Shown piece after piece: positions 1-8,821 of a DNA stretch of 64,000 nt. How positions within the stretch are numbered: the first letter of the stretch is position 1; each line of letters begins with the position of its first letter. This DNA comes from an uncultured Chloroflexia bacterium (lineage in GTDB: Bacteria > Chloroflexota > Anaerolineae > CG2-30-64-16), in NCBI GenBank assembly GCA_963810095.1, contig CAWEMM010000006.1:1419353-1483352 (forward strand). The letters run 5' to 3'. Below the pieces are notes generated by a model. It did not search any database, was not told the DNA's origin, and saw nothing but the letters and a program-made list of their open reading frames with translations. A program made the position numbers and the translations under genes.

Positions 1-3
1 GCT

Positions 4-32
4 TTGACCCGCTTACTGACATAAACTATACT
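4..32 (+). promoter_or_regulatory. sigma70-like promoter (-35 TTGACC 4-9, 17-nt spacer, -10 TATACT 27-32); predicted TSS about 39, so a near-leaderless transcript of the CDS at 43
   Basis: Hexamers read directly. Identical -35/-10 pair precedes the tRNA-Leu at 35231-35259. Confidence 0.4.
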
Positions 33-42
33 GCGCTTTCGC

Positions 43-1416
43 ATGATGCACCAACCTACGCGCGACCCCCGGCCGCGTAAGTCCGATCCCACGCTCTTGC
101 TGGCGTTCCTGCTGCCTGTTTTCGCCTGGGCCCCGCTGACCTACCCCGGCTATTTTGTGTTCCGCAGCGGCTTCCTCCCCATCTTCAACCTGGCCGACCG
201 GCTCGCGCAATTGGGCAATTTCGCCTGGTTGCCCGCCATCGGGACGGGCTACCACCTGCTGAGCGGGGACGGCGGACTGCCCTACCTGCTGGCGGCGGTG
301 CCGGGCGCGTTGGGCGCGAGCCCGGCGAACGCCGTGAAGCTGCTCTTCGGGCTGGCGTTCGTGGCAGGCAGCGTGGGAGCTTATGCATGGACCCGGCGGC
401 TGCTGCCCGACGCATGGGCTGCGCTCGTCGCCGCCGCGGCGTACGTGTTCAGTCCGATCTGGCTGCCCCTCGTGTACGTGCAGGGGGCCCTTGCCGAGGC
501 GGTTTTGCTCGCCCTGCTGCCGTGGGTGTTGTGGGCGGCGGATTGGGCCGCCGAGGGCCAGCGAGCACGCGTCCTGATTCTCGCGCTGCTTGCAGCGGCG
601 TGCTTGTGGACGCAAAGCGCACTGGCATTGGCGTTCCTGGTCACCGTGTTCGTCTATTTGCTCGTCCTGCTCGCTGCCCGACAGATTGCGCGGCAGGGGT
701 TGGTGGCAGCTGCAAGCGGCCTGCTGCTGGGCCTGCTGCTCGGTGCGGTGGGGTGGCTGCCCGTCCTGATTCAACACGGACTGGGTAGGGCCGAGCCATT
801 CGAAGGCTGGCAGTGGGCGGTGCTCCTGGCGCCGTGGGTCGGGCTCCTGGCCGGCTGGGTTGCGCTGAGGCTCGTCGCGATGCTGCCCCCGGATGCGCCG
901 GGCGTGCGCGGCGCTGCTGCCGAGCGGGCGTCTGCGGAGCGCCACAGCCTGTTCGCCGCCCTGATCGGACTCCTGCTGTTGAGCATGGCCGGCAACCTGC
1001 AGCCTGTCGCGGGCGCTGGCCCGGTCGCGACTGCGCCGCTCGCCGTTTTCGGCGCGAACGAGATCGCGCTGTTGAGCGTCGAAACGGAAGGGACGCCCGG
1101 ACCCGGCGGGACCGTCGCGCTCGACGTTGAGTGGCAGGCGCTGAAGCCGCTGGATCGCGATTACACCGTCTTCTTTCATGTGCTCGCCGCGGACGATCAG
1201 CGATACGGGCAGTTGGACACGATGCCGCAGGCGGGCAAGCTCCCCACGTCGCAGTGGCAGCCGGGCGAGGTGATCCGCGACCGTTACCAGGTGGAAATGG
1301 ACCCGAAAGCGCCCATCCGCAGCGATTACAGCTACTGGCTCGGCTGGTACCTGGGTGAGACGGGGAACGCCTGCCCGCGGTGCAGGCGGGCTCGACCGGC
1401 GATAAATTCGTGGTGA
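43..1416 (+). CDS. polytopic membrane protein, YfhO/PF10131 (PTPS-related)-like, paralog 1
   Basis: 457-aa ORF with many TM helices. N-terminal PGYF motif and overall similarity to the ORFs at 1431 and 13077. Confidence 0.6.
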   Translation: MMHQPTRDPRPRKSDPTLLLAFLLPVFAWAPLTYPGYFVFRSGFLPIFNLADRLAQLGNFAWLPAIGTGYHLLSGDGGLPYLLAAVPGALGASPANAVKLLFGLAFVAGSVGAYAWTRRLLPDAWAALVAAAAYVFSPIWLPLVYVQGALAEAVLLALLPWVLWAADWAAEGQRARVLILALLAAACLWTQSALALAFLVTVFVYLLVLLAARQIARQGLVAAASGLLLGLLLGAVGWLPVLIQHGLGRAEPFEGWQWAVLLAPWVGLLAGWVALRLVAMLPPDAPGVRGAAAERASAERHSLFAALIGLLLLSMAGNLQPVAGAGPVATAPLAVFGANEIALLSVETEGTPGPGGTVALDVEWQALKPLDRDYTVFFHVLAADDQRYGQLDTMPQAGKLPTSQWQPGEVIRDRYQVEMDPKAPIRSDYSYWLGWYLGETGNACPRCRRARPAINSW

Positions 1417-1430
1417 AACCGTGATAGGCT

Positions 1431-3364
1431 ATGGTCCCGATGAGCACTGATTCGATGGCCCGGGCCGGGCGGCGTGCGGAGTGGGTCTATGCGGGCCTCG
1501 TACTGCTGTTTGGCTTGGTCGTGATCGCGCCGCTGTTGCAGCCCGGTTACTTCTGGGGCGCGCACGACGCACGGCACGACGTCTACTTTATCCAGCAGTA
1601 CGGCCTCTCGTTCAAAGAAGGCATCCTCTGGCCGCGCTGGTCGCCCGACTGGACGTTCGGCTACGGCTATCCGTTCTTCACCATCTACGCGCCCTTGTCC
1701 ACTTTCGCGGGCGTGTTGTTCAACCAGGTGGCGGGCCTCGGATACGAGGCAAGCGTCAAGGCGGTGCTGGCGCTCTCGGTGCTCGGCTCCGGGCTGGCGA
1801 TGTACGGCTTCGTGCGCTCGTGGCTGGGCCGGCGTGCCGGGCTGGTCGCCGCAGTCGCCTATATGGCGGTGCCGTATCACCTCGTCAACCTGTTTGTGCG
1901 GGCGGCCCTGGCCGAGTCGGTGGCGCTCGCCTTCCTGCCGCTGGCCCTCTGGGCCTTCAGAGAGGCAGTCGTCCGCCCCCGAATCCGGTCCGTCGTCGCG
2001 GCGGGGTTGACGTTTGGCGCAATCATGTGGACCAGCAACCTCGTGGCGCTGGTCTTCACCCCCGGGTTGGCCGCGTACGTCCTCGTGCTGATCTTGCTGG
2101 AGGCGCGCGGGCGCCAGGCAGAAGGCCGGAGTTTTCTGCGCAGCCTGTGGACGCCCGACACGCTGCGCAGCGTCCTGGCGCCCGGGCTTGCGCTCGCGCT
2201 GGGGCTCGGCCTCAGCGCGGCCTTCTTCGTCCCCGCGCTGGTCGAGCAAGGGTCGTACATCAACAAGACGCAGTGGTTCGGCGATTACTACAATCCCGAG
2301 CAGCACTTTGTCTACTTCAACCAGTTGTTCGATCCGCGTTGGGGCTTCGGCATCAGCCAGGCCGGACCGGACGATGCCGCACAGGGCAGCCTGAGCTACC
2401 AGTTGGGCGCGGCCGCGACGTTGTTCTCGATTATCGCGCTGGCGCTGAGCGGGCGCTTTCGGCCGCGCGTGCGGGCCGAGCTGCGCTTCTGGGGCCTCTG
2501 GCTGGTCGTTGCGGTCTTCCTGATGCTGCCCGTTTCGGTGCTGGCCTGGCGCTACGTGCCCATCGTCCCGTACGCGCAGTTCCCATGGCGCTACCTGATG
2601 CTGGCGATCCTCCCCCTGAGCATCCTGCCGGGCGCACTGATTGCGCTGCCCGGGGCTGCCGACCGGCGTCCTTCGACTGCGCTCCCTTCGGTCGCTCCGC
2701 TCAGGATGCCGGAGGGTGCGGGTGGCGCGCTGGGGGCGTCTTCCCCGCCTTCGTGTTGAGCCTTGTGCTGCTGCTCTCCAGCGCGCCCTACCTCCAGGTT
2801 GAGATTCGCGAGCCGACGGCCGAGCAAGGCCCGGTGTCGATGGCCGCCCTGATGCGCTTCCAGCGCACGAGCGACGAGATGACCGGAGTCACCGCCTGGG
2901 TGGACCCGGCCCAGCGGCCCATTTGGTCGACGATGGCCGACCTGTGGGTGCAGGGGCAGGCAGTCACCAGCCGGGTGGACTACTCGCAGGTGCCGCAGAA
3001 CGAGACGCTGGCGATCAACACGGAAGACGTGGGGACCGCCCACGAACAGATCTTCTTCTATGCCAAGGACCCCGGCAAGTCGATCACGTTCAATCGCTTC
3101 TGGTATCCCGGCTGGACGGCGTGGCTGCTGGATGGGAAGAACGGCCGGCCGGTGCGCAAGTTGGATTTGCAGCGTGAGGACGGGCCGCTTGCACGCATCG
3201 TGGTGCCCATCCCCCAGGGTGAGGGCTACATTTTGCTGCGCTTTGAGGATACACCACTGCGGCGGGTGTCCAAGCTGGTGACGCTGGCATTCGTAATTGG
3301 CCTGTTGGCAATACTGGCGGTCGCGTACGTGCTGAGGCGCCGCCGGTCAGGGAGGAGTGCATGA
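1431..3364 (+). CDS. polytopic membrane protein, YfhO/PF10131-like, paralog 2; apparent frameshift near 2650-2750
   Basis: Frame-0 ORF 1431..2759 carries PGYFWGAHDARHD and the TM core. The C-terminal domain continues in the frame of ORF 1481..3364 (FWYPGWTAWLLDGKNG...). It is collinear with the intact paralog at 13077..14936. Confidence 0.6.
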
Positions 3365-3933
3365 TCTCAGATAATTTGTGGACCGGTCCCAACCTGCGTC
3401 TGACCGGCCTGGAGCGATTCGATGCCCGGGCCTTCTCCATGTGGCACAACGATGCGGGCTTTTTGCGGCTGCTCGATGCGGAATATGCGCGCCCCCGCAG
3501 CGAGGACGAGTGCGTCAAGTGGTTCGAGGATTGGCAGCGAGACGCGAAGATGATTGCCTTTGCCGTGCGCCCGCTGGCCGCCGACGACCTGGTTGGCGTC
3601 GTGATGCTGGAAAGCATCCTCTTCCAGCACGGGGTCGCATGGTTGGGCATGGGCTTTGGCAATCGCGAGCAGTGGGGCAAGGGGTACGGCCGCGAAGCGA
3701 TGTCGCTCATCCTCCGGTATGCCTTCAGCGAGCTGAATTTCCACCGGGTGCAAGCCAGCGTGTTCGAATACAACACGCTTTCCATCGGGATGTGCGAGCG
3801 GGCGGGGTTCCGGCGTGAGGGTGTGTTTCGAGAGTTCCTGCTGCGCGACGGCCGGCGCTACGACATGTACCTTTACGGCGTATTACGTGCAGAGTGGGCG
3901 GCCCTGAACGGCGGAGGAGAAGACATTGGCTGA
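3361..3933 (+). CDS. GNAT family N-acetyltransferase (RimJ/RimL-like)
   Basis: 190 aa with acetyl-CoA-binding motifs (QWGKGYGREAM, FHRV). Confidence 0.8.
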   Translation: MISDNLWTGPNLRLTGLERFDARAFSMWHNDAGFLRLLDAEYARPRSEDECVKWFEDWQRDAKMIAFAVRPLAADDLVGVVMLESILFQHGVAWLGMGFGNREQWGKGYGREAMSLILRYAFSELNFHRVQASVFEYNTLSIGMCERAGFRREGVFREFLLRDGRRYDMYLYGVLRAEWAALNGGGEDIG

Positions 3934-4738
3934 CGAACGGCCGTTGATCCTGTTGACCAACGACGACGGGATTGCTTCGCCCGGGTTGCTGGCGGCAGCG
4001 GAGGCGGTGTGCGACCTGGGCGAACTGCTAATTGTCGCGCCCGCCACCCAACAGACAGGGATGGGTCGCGGCACGCCGCCGATCCTAAACGGGGCGCTGA
4101 CGGTCGAGACGCTGCGGGTCGGGTGCGAGGACGTCCGTGTGTATGCATTGAACGGCTCGCCCGCGCAGACGGTCGTGATTGCGGTGCTTGGCATCGCGGA
4201 GCGGCGGCCGGCGCTGGTGGTCTCAGGCATCAACCACGGCGAGAACCTGGGCACGGCGGTGACCGGGTCGGGCACGGTTGGGGCGGCGCTGCAGGCGGCC
4301 GAAATGGGGATTCCGGGCTTGGCCGTATCGCTCGAGGTCGAGAAGGTCTACCACTACAACCACGCCGAAGACTTGCACTGGAGCGCGGCCGCGCACTTTA
4401 CGCGCTATTTTGCACAGCGCATGCTGGCCCAGACCATGCCGTTCGACGTCGACGTGCTCAAGGTGGACGTGCCGGCCGAGGCGACTGCCGAGACGCCCTG
4501 GCGTATCACAAGACAGGCGCGGCAGTCGTATTACAAGGTCTATCCGCCAAAGATGCGTCTGGCGCCCGGGCCGCTGGCAGAGCTCGACTATGGGATCGAG
4601 ATCGATTGGGATGACCTGCCGCAGGACACGGACGTCTACGTCTTTGCGCGCGAGCGGGTGGTGTCGGTGACGCCGTTGAGCCAGGATCTGACGTCACGTA
4701 CGGACGTTGCCGGCCTGGAGCGCCTGCTGCGGGGCTAG
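3926..4738 (+). CDS. surE: 5'/3'-nucleotidase SurE
   Basis: N-terminal LLTNDDGI motif. 270 aa, typical SurE length. Confidence 0.9.
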   Translation: MADERPLILLTNDDGIASPGLLAAAEAVCDLGELLIVAPATQQTGMGRGTPPILNGALTVETLRVGCEDVRVYALNGSPAQTVVIAVLGIAERRPALVVSGINHGENLGTAVTGSGTVGAALQAAEMGIPGLAVSLEVEKVYHYNHAEDLHWSAAAHFTRYFAQRMLAQTMPFDVDVLKVDVPAEATAETPWRITRQARQSYYKVYPPKMRLAPGPLAELDYGIEIDWDDLPQDTDVYVFARERVVSVTPLSQDLTSRTDVAGLERLLRG

Positions 4739-4784
4739 TGTTTGGTGGGCGACCGGCCAGAGCATGACGGGGCAAATGGTGATG

Positions 4785-5081
4785 TTTGTTGGGGGCCGTC
4801 TGGCCCCCAACGCCCCCGACGGGGGGCTGCGCCCCCTCGTCCCCCAAAGGTTAAGGGGACGCGTGGCTTCCGCCAATTGGCCCATTTGAGCGTCCACATG
4901 GCGGGGCCAGACGGAAGCGGCTTGCGGGAAACCGGCATTTTGTGGAAGCACGGTTCTGATGCCGACTGCCGTGAGCGAGTCCGGCTGCTGCCCGCTGTCA
5001 ACACGGCCGGGGGCGTTGACCTTGGGGGTTTCGGGGGCAAGGCCCCCGAGGCGGGGGCGGCGGGGCAAGCCTGCCCCCGCC
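4785..5081 (+). repeat. composite GC-rich palindromic repeat element, copy A (module 1 TTGTTGGGGGCCG..CCCCCAAAGG 4785-4850; spacer with CCGGCATTTT; module 2 GGGGGTTTCGGGGGCAAGGCCCCCGAGGCGGGG 5021-5081)
   Basis: The same modules recur at 14937-15135, 42901-43290, 58390-58476 and 61603-61740. Stacked perfect hairpins read directly. Confidence 0.6.
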
Positions 5082-5135
5082 AAGACAAGATGTAGCAAGG
5101 GCGGCGGGGCAAGCCGGCCACAACAGTGAGGTTAA

Positions 5136-6818
5136 TTGACAATGTCGAAACGTCTGCTTGCATTATTCCTGATTCTTCTAGTCAGCCTGGTCCTGGCTGC
5201 GTGCGGCGGGCCGGCCACCCAGCCGCTGAGCTACCGCCCCGCGCCGTGGCAGAGCGGGGAGGTCAGCCGGTACGACCTGGTGGACCGCGGCGGCGCCACC
5301 GTTGGCACGGCCGAGTGGACGTGGCAGCGCGCCGGCGATCAGTGGCGCCAAGGCTACACCGTGACCGTCAACGGCGTGCCAGACACGGGCGAGGTCGTGC
5401 TCGACAACAGCTTGAAGTCGTTGAGCTCGTGGCGCGAGGTGGGCGGCAAGCGCTTCGATACCACGTACGGCGCGAAGACCATCGAGGTCAAGACGACGGC
5501 CGCGGACGGCACGGTCACGACGAAGAGCCTGCCCGCACCGGCCGACGCAATCGACAACGACGTCTCGCTGCAGATTCAGCGGGCAATGCCGCTGGCGGCG
5601 GGCTATGCGACCCGCTACACCGACATTATCCCGACCACGGGCGGCGCGGCGCCCATCGTTCTGAGCGTCACCGGCGCCGAAACGATCACGGTTCCCGCGG
5701 GCACGTTCCCGACGTGGAAGGTCAAGATGGCGGTGGGGTCGACCGCGCACGAGGCGTGGTACGCGCAGCAAGCGCCCTACGCGATGGTGAAATACCTCAA
5801 CTCGGGCTCGGGTGCGCAGTTCGTGCTGACCGGCCTGGCAGGTGCCGCATCTGCGACGGCGTCACAGCCGGCGGCCACCCCGGTTCCGGGCGCGGCTGCA
5901 GTTGCTGGCGAACCGGGGGCCATGGCGCCCATCAACTGGCTCTACCTCGCGCTTGTCGTGTTCATCCAATTGCCCTTCCTGCTTGGCTTGCCGATCGTCT
6001 TGGGCTGGTGGATCAAGCGGCGGTATGGCATCGGCTGGGGGGTGTTCGGGTGGGGCGCACTCTCGTTCATCCTGTCGCAGGTCGTCCATATCCCGCTCAA
6101 CATGGCGCTGGGCCTGATCGGCGCGCCGCCCCGGGGCGTGGCCCTGGCGTCCCCCTTCGTGCTCGGCCTGGTCGCCGGCCTGAGCGCGGCGGTGTGCGAG
6201 GAAGGTATGCGGCTGCTCGTGATCACCGTCTTCGCTAAGAAGATTCGCGGCTGGCGCCCCAGTTTGCAGTTCGGCGCGGGGCACGGCGGCGCGGAGAGCA
6301 TCATTCTCGGCCTGCTGGTGGCCGTGAATCTGATCGGCATCCTGGCCTCGCGCAACCTCGGCGCGATTGGACAAGTGCTGCCCCCCGAGGCAGCCGCACA
6401 ACTGCAGGCCGCGCAGGCCGCATTCTGGGGCCAGAGCCCCTGGATTCCATTCGTCAGCGTGATCGAGCGCATTTCGGCTCTCGCCTTGCAGGTGTCGCTG
6501 GCCGTGCTCGTAGTGGCTTCCGTTACGCGGCGCCGGCCGCTCTACTTCGTCGCCGCGCTTGCGCTGCACACCGTGGTCGATGGTTGGACGATCTGGGCGC
6601 AGCCGCTCGGTGTGGCTGCGATCGAAGCCGGGGTGGCGCTGGCGGGACTCCTGGCCCTGTGGATTATCTGGCGGCTGCGTGAGCAACCCGCTGCCCTCCA
6701 ACCCGTATTAACAGGTGAAGCGGGCAGCAGCCCGGTTCCGAACGCAGCCGACCTGTCCGAGCAGGCGCTTTCACCTGATGAGCTGGCCCGGCGGGCCGAG
6801 CGGTCGCGGTACGAGTAA
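5136..6818 (+). CDS. lipoprotein domain fused to YhfC-family intramembrane metalloprotease
   Basis: Signal peptide with LAAC lipobox, then a roughly 230-aa soluble domain and an Ala/Pro linker. The C-terminal half is multi-TM with YhfC-like motifs (CEEGMRLL, FGAGHGGAES). Confidence 0.65.
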   Translation: MTMSKRLLALFLILLVSLVLAACGGPATQPLSYRPAPWQSGEVSRYDLVDRGGATVGTAEWTWQRAGDQWRQGYTVTVNGVPDTGEVVLDNSLKSLSSWREVGGKRFDTTYGAKTIEVKTTAADGTVTTKSLPAPADAIDNDVSLQIQRAMPLAAGYATRYTDIIPTTGGAAPIVLSVTGAETITVPAGTFPTWKVKMAVGSTAHEAWYAQQAPYAMVKYLNSGSGAQFVLTGLAGAASATASQPAATPVPGAAAVAGEPGAMAPINWLYLALVVFIQLPFLLGLPIVLGWWIKRRYGIGWGVFGWGALSFILSQVVHIPLNMALGLIGAPPRGVALASPFVLGLVAGLSAAVCEEGMRLLVITVFAKKIRGWRPSLQFGAGHGGAESIILGLLVAVNLIGILASRNLGAIGQVLPPEAAAQLQAAQAAFWGQSPWIPFVSVIERISALALQVSLAVLVVASVTRRRPLYFVAALALHTVVDGWTIWAQPLGVAAIEAGVALAGLLALWIIWRLREQPAALQPVLTGEAGSSPVPNAADLSEQALSPDELARRAERSRYE

Positions 6819-6829
6819 GCGAGGATTCG

Positions 6830-7798
6830 ATGATTCGCACAGAGGCATTATCAAAACACTTCGAGAGCGACGGCCGAACAATCAAGGCCGTCGACGGGCT
6901 GGACCTCCAGGTGCAGGAAGGGGAGGTGTTCGGCTTTCTCGGCCCCAATGGCGCGGGAAAGACGACCAGCGTCCGCCTGCTGACCAGCCTGATTGCGCCA
7001 ACGGGCGGCCGCGCCTGGGTCAACGGCCTGCAGTTGGGCGAGGACGACGCGAAGATCCGGGCCAGCGTCGGCATTCTGACCGAGTCGCCCGGGCTGTACG
7101 AGCGGCTGAGCGCGTTCTATAACCTGCAGATTTTCGGCGAGCTGTACGGGTGCAAGGACCCGAAGGGGCAGGCCGAGAAGTACCTGCGGCTGCTGGAGTT
7201 GTGGGACCGCAAGGACACCGAGGCCGGAACGTTCTCGAAAGGCATGAAGCAGAAGCTGGCCATCGCGCGGGCGTTGCTCCACGAGCCGCCGGTCGTGTTT
7301 CTTGACGAGCCGACCTCGGCGCTTGACCCTGAGTCGGCCAAGACCGTGCGCGAGTTTATCGAGACGCTGCGCGGACAAGGGCGCACCATCTTCCTCTGCA
7401 CCCATAACCTGGACGAGGCGGAGCGACTCTGCGACCGGATCGGCGTGTTCAAGCAGCGGTTGATCGCCGTGGACACGCCCGACGCGCTACGCAAGAAACT
7501 CTTTGGCCGCCAGACCGTGATCCACCTGGCGCCGGGCAGCGAAGCGGGGCGGCTGGCGGGGGCTGTCGAGTGCTTGCCGGGCATCAAGCACGTGGAGACG
7601 CTGCCTGCGGCCGACGGCGAATCGCCCAAGCTGGTGATCAGCCTGAATGAGCCGGCCCAGCAGAACCCTGCCATCGTGCGCGCCCTTATCGAGCAGGGTG
7701 CGGCCATCCAGTTCGTGAATGAGCTTCGGCATTCGTTGGAAGATGTGTACCTGAGCCTGATCCACAGCGGTCCGACCGGAGAAGGGGGCGCCAAGTGA
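6830..7798 (+). CDS. ABC transporter ATP-binding protein (ABC-2 type)
   Basis: Walker A GPNGAGKTT, ABC signature, Walker B and H-loop are all present. Confidence 0.9.
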   Translation: MIRTEALSKHFESDGRTIKAVDGLDLQVQEGEVFGFLGPNGAGKTTSVRLLTSLIAPTGGRAWVNGLQLGEDDAKIRASVGILTESPGLYERLSAFYNLQIFGELYGCKDPKGQAEKYLRLLELWDRKDTEAGTFSKGMKQKLAIARALLHEPPVVFLDEPTSALDPESAKTVREFIETLRGQGRTIFLCTHNLDEAERLCDRIGVFKQRLIAVDTPDALRKKLFGRQTVIHLAPGSEAGRLAGAVECLPGIKHVETLPAADGESPKLVISLNEPAQQNPAIVRALIEQGAAIQFVNELRHSLEDVYLSLIHSGPTGEGGAK

Positions 7799-8586
7799 GC
7801 GCGATAGGCACAGTGGTTAAGAAAGAGTGGATGGAGGTCCGCCGGAACAAGCTGGTGCTGTCCGTCGTGCTTTTCATCCCACTGCTGATGACGGCGATTC
7901 CGCTCGTGATGATGGGGATTATGGGCCGGGTCGGCGCGAGTGCGAGCGATATGGAAGAAATGAGCATGATGCTCAAGAACCCCATCTTCCAGGGCATGAG
8001 CCCCAACGAAGCCATCCAGGCAACGTTGGCGTCGAACTTCCTTGTGCTCTTCCTGATGATGCCGCTAATGGTGCCGGTGACGATCGCTGCCTACAGCATC
8101 GTGGGCGAGAAGGTTACTCGCTCGCTCGAACCGCTGCTTGCGACGCCCATCAGCACCACCCGGTTGCTGCTGGCAAAGGGGATTGCCGCGGCCGTGCCGG
8201 GCATCCTGGGCGCGTGGATCGCCTACGTGGTTTTCCTGATAGGCGCTCGCTTCCTGGCCGTCAGCGACCAGGTGTTTGCGATCTTTCTGAACCCGATGTG
8301 GTTGGTCGCTATGCTGGTGCTGGCGCCCCTGCTGACGATCATGGCGGTCAACGTTGGCATTATCGTCAGCAGCCGCACGTCAGACCCGCGCGCCGCAGAG
8401 CAGCTCGGCAGCCTGATCATCCTGCCGCTGATGGTGCTGTTTCTCGGCCCGCTGGCCGGCTTCATCCAGCTCAACGTGACCACCTTCATGGTTGCGGCGC
8501 TGATTGCCCTGGCGGCCGACGTCGTACTGGTGTATCTGGGCGTGAAGCTGTTCCAGCGTGAGACGATCCTGACCCGCTGGAAGTAG
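7795..8586 (+). CDS. ABC-2 family transporter permease
   Basis: 263-aa six-TM protein. Start overlaps the ATPase stop (ATGA), indicating translational coupling. Confidence 0.8.
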   Translation: MSAIGTVVKKEWMEVRRNKLVLSVVLFIPLLMTAIPLVMMGIMGRVGASASDMEEMSMMLKNPIFQGMSPNEAIQATLASNFLVLFLMMPLMVPVTIAAYSIVGEKVTRSLEPLLATPISTTRLLLAKGIAAAVPGILGAWIAYVVFLIGARFLAVSDQVFAIFLNPMWLVAMLVLAPLLTIMAVNVGIIVSSRTSDPRAAEQLGSLIILPLMVLFLGPLAGFIQLNVTTFMVAALIALAADVVLVYLGVKLFQRETILTRWK

Positions 8587-8632
8587 GGGCATCGCGCACC
8601 CGGCCGCGCATCTCGGCAGTCGATTGAAACAC

Positions 8633-8705
8633 CAAGAACCGAAGAACCAAAGGTGCACGAAGCCCAAGAGGCTTTGCGGACCTTAGGCTTCTTCGGTTCT
8701 TCGTG
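8633..8705 (+). other. long imperfect hairpin (AAGAACCGAAGAACC ... GGCTTCTTCGGTTCTT) with a nested inner hairpin
   Basis: Inverted repeat read directly in the leader region between the ABC operon and the CDS at 8822. Confidence 0.3.
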
Positions 8706-8745
8706 TGAACGGCCGTCCGCACAGGGGTCTTGCCCGTGTTGACGA

Positions 8746-8790
8746 TCTCGGCGAGGGAACTTATGCTTGAGTTCCCTCGTTTTGTTGGCG
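8746..8790 (+). terminator. intrinsic terminator (CGAGGGAACT-loop-AGTTCCCTCG followed by TTTTGTTGG)
   Basis: Perfect 10-bp stem plus T-tract. Confidence 0.5.
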
Positions 8791-8821
8791 GGGTTTTTTC
8801 CCATTCAGAGGAGGCGGCGTA

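Noticed and set aside
4742-5095. ORFs predicted inside the GC-rich repeat elements (4742..5095, 42779..43174, 42798..43157, 14888..15358).
   Set aside because: The repeat copies are conserved at nucleotide level, but the ORFs fall in different frames in different copies. They are not coding.
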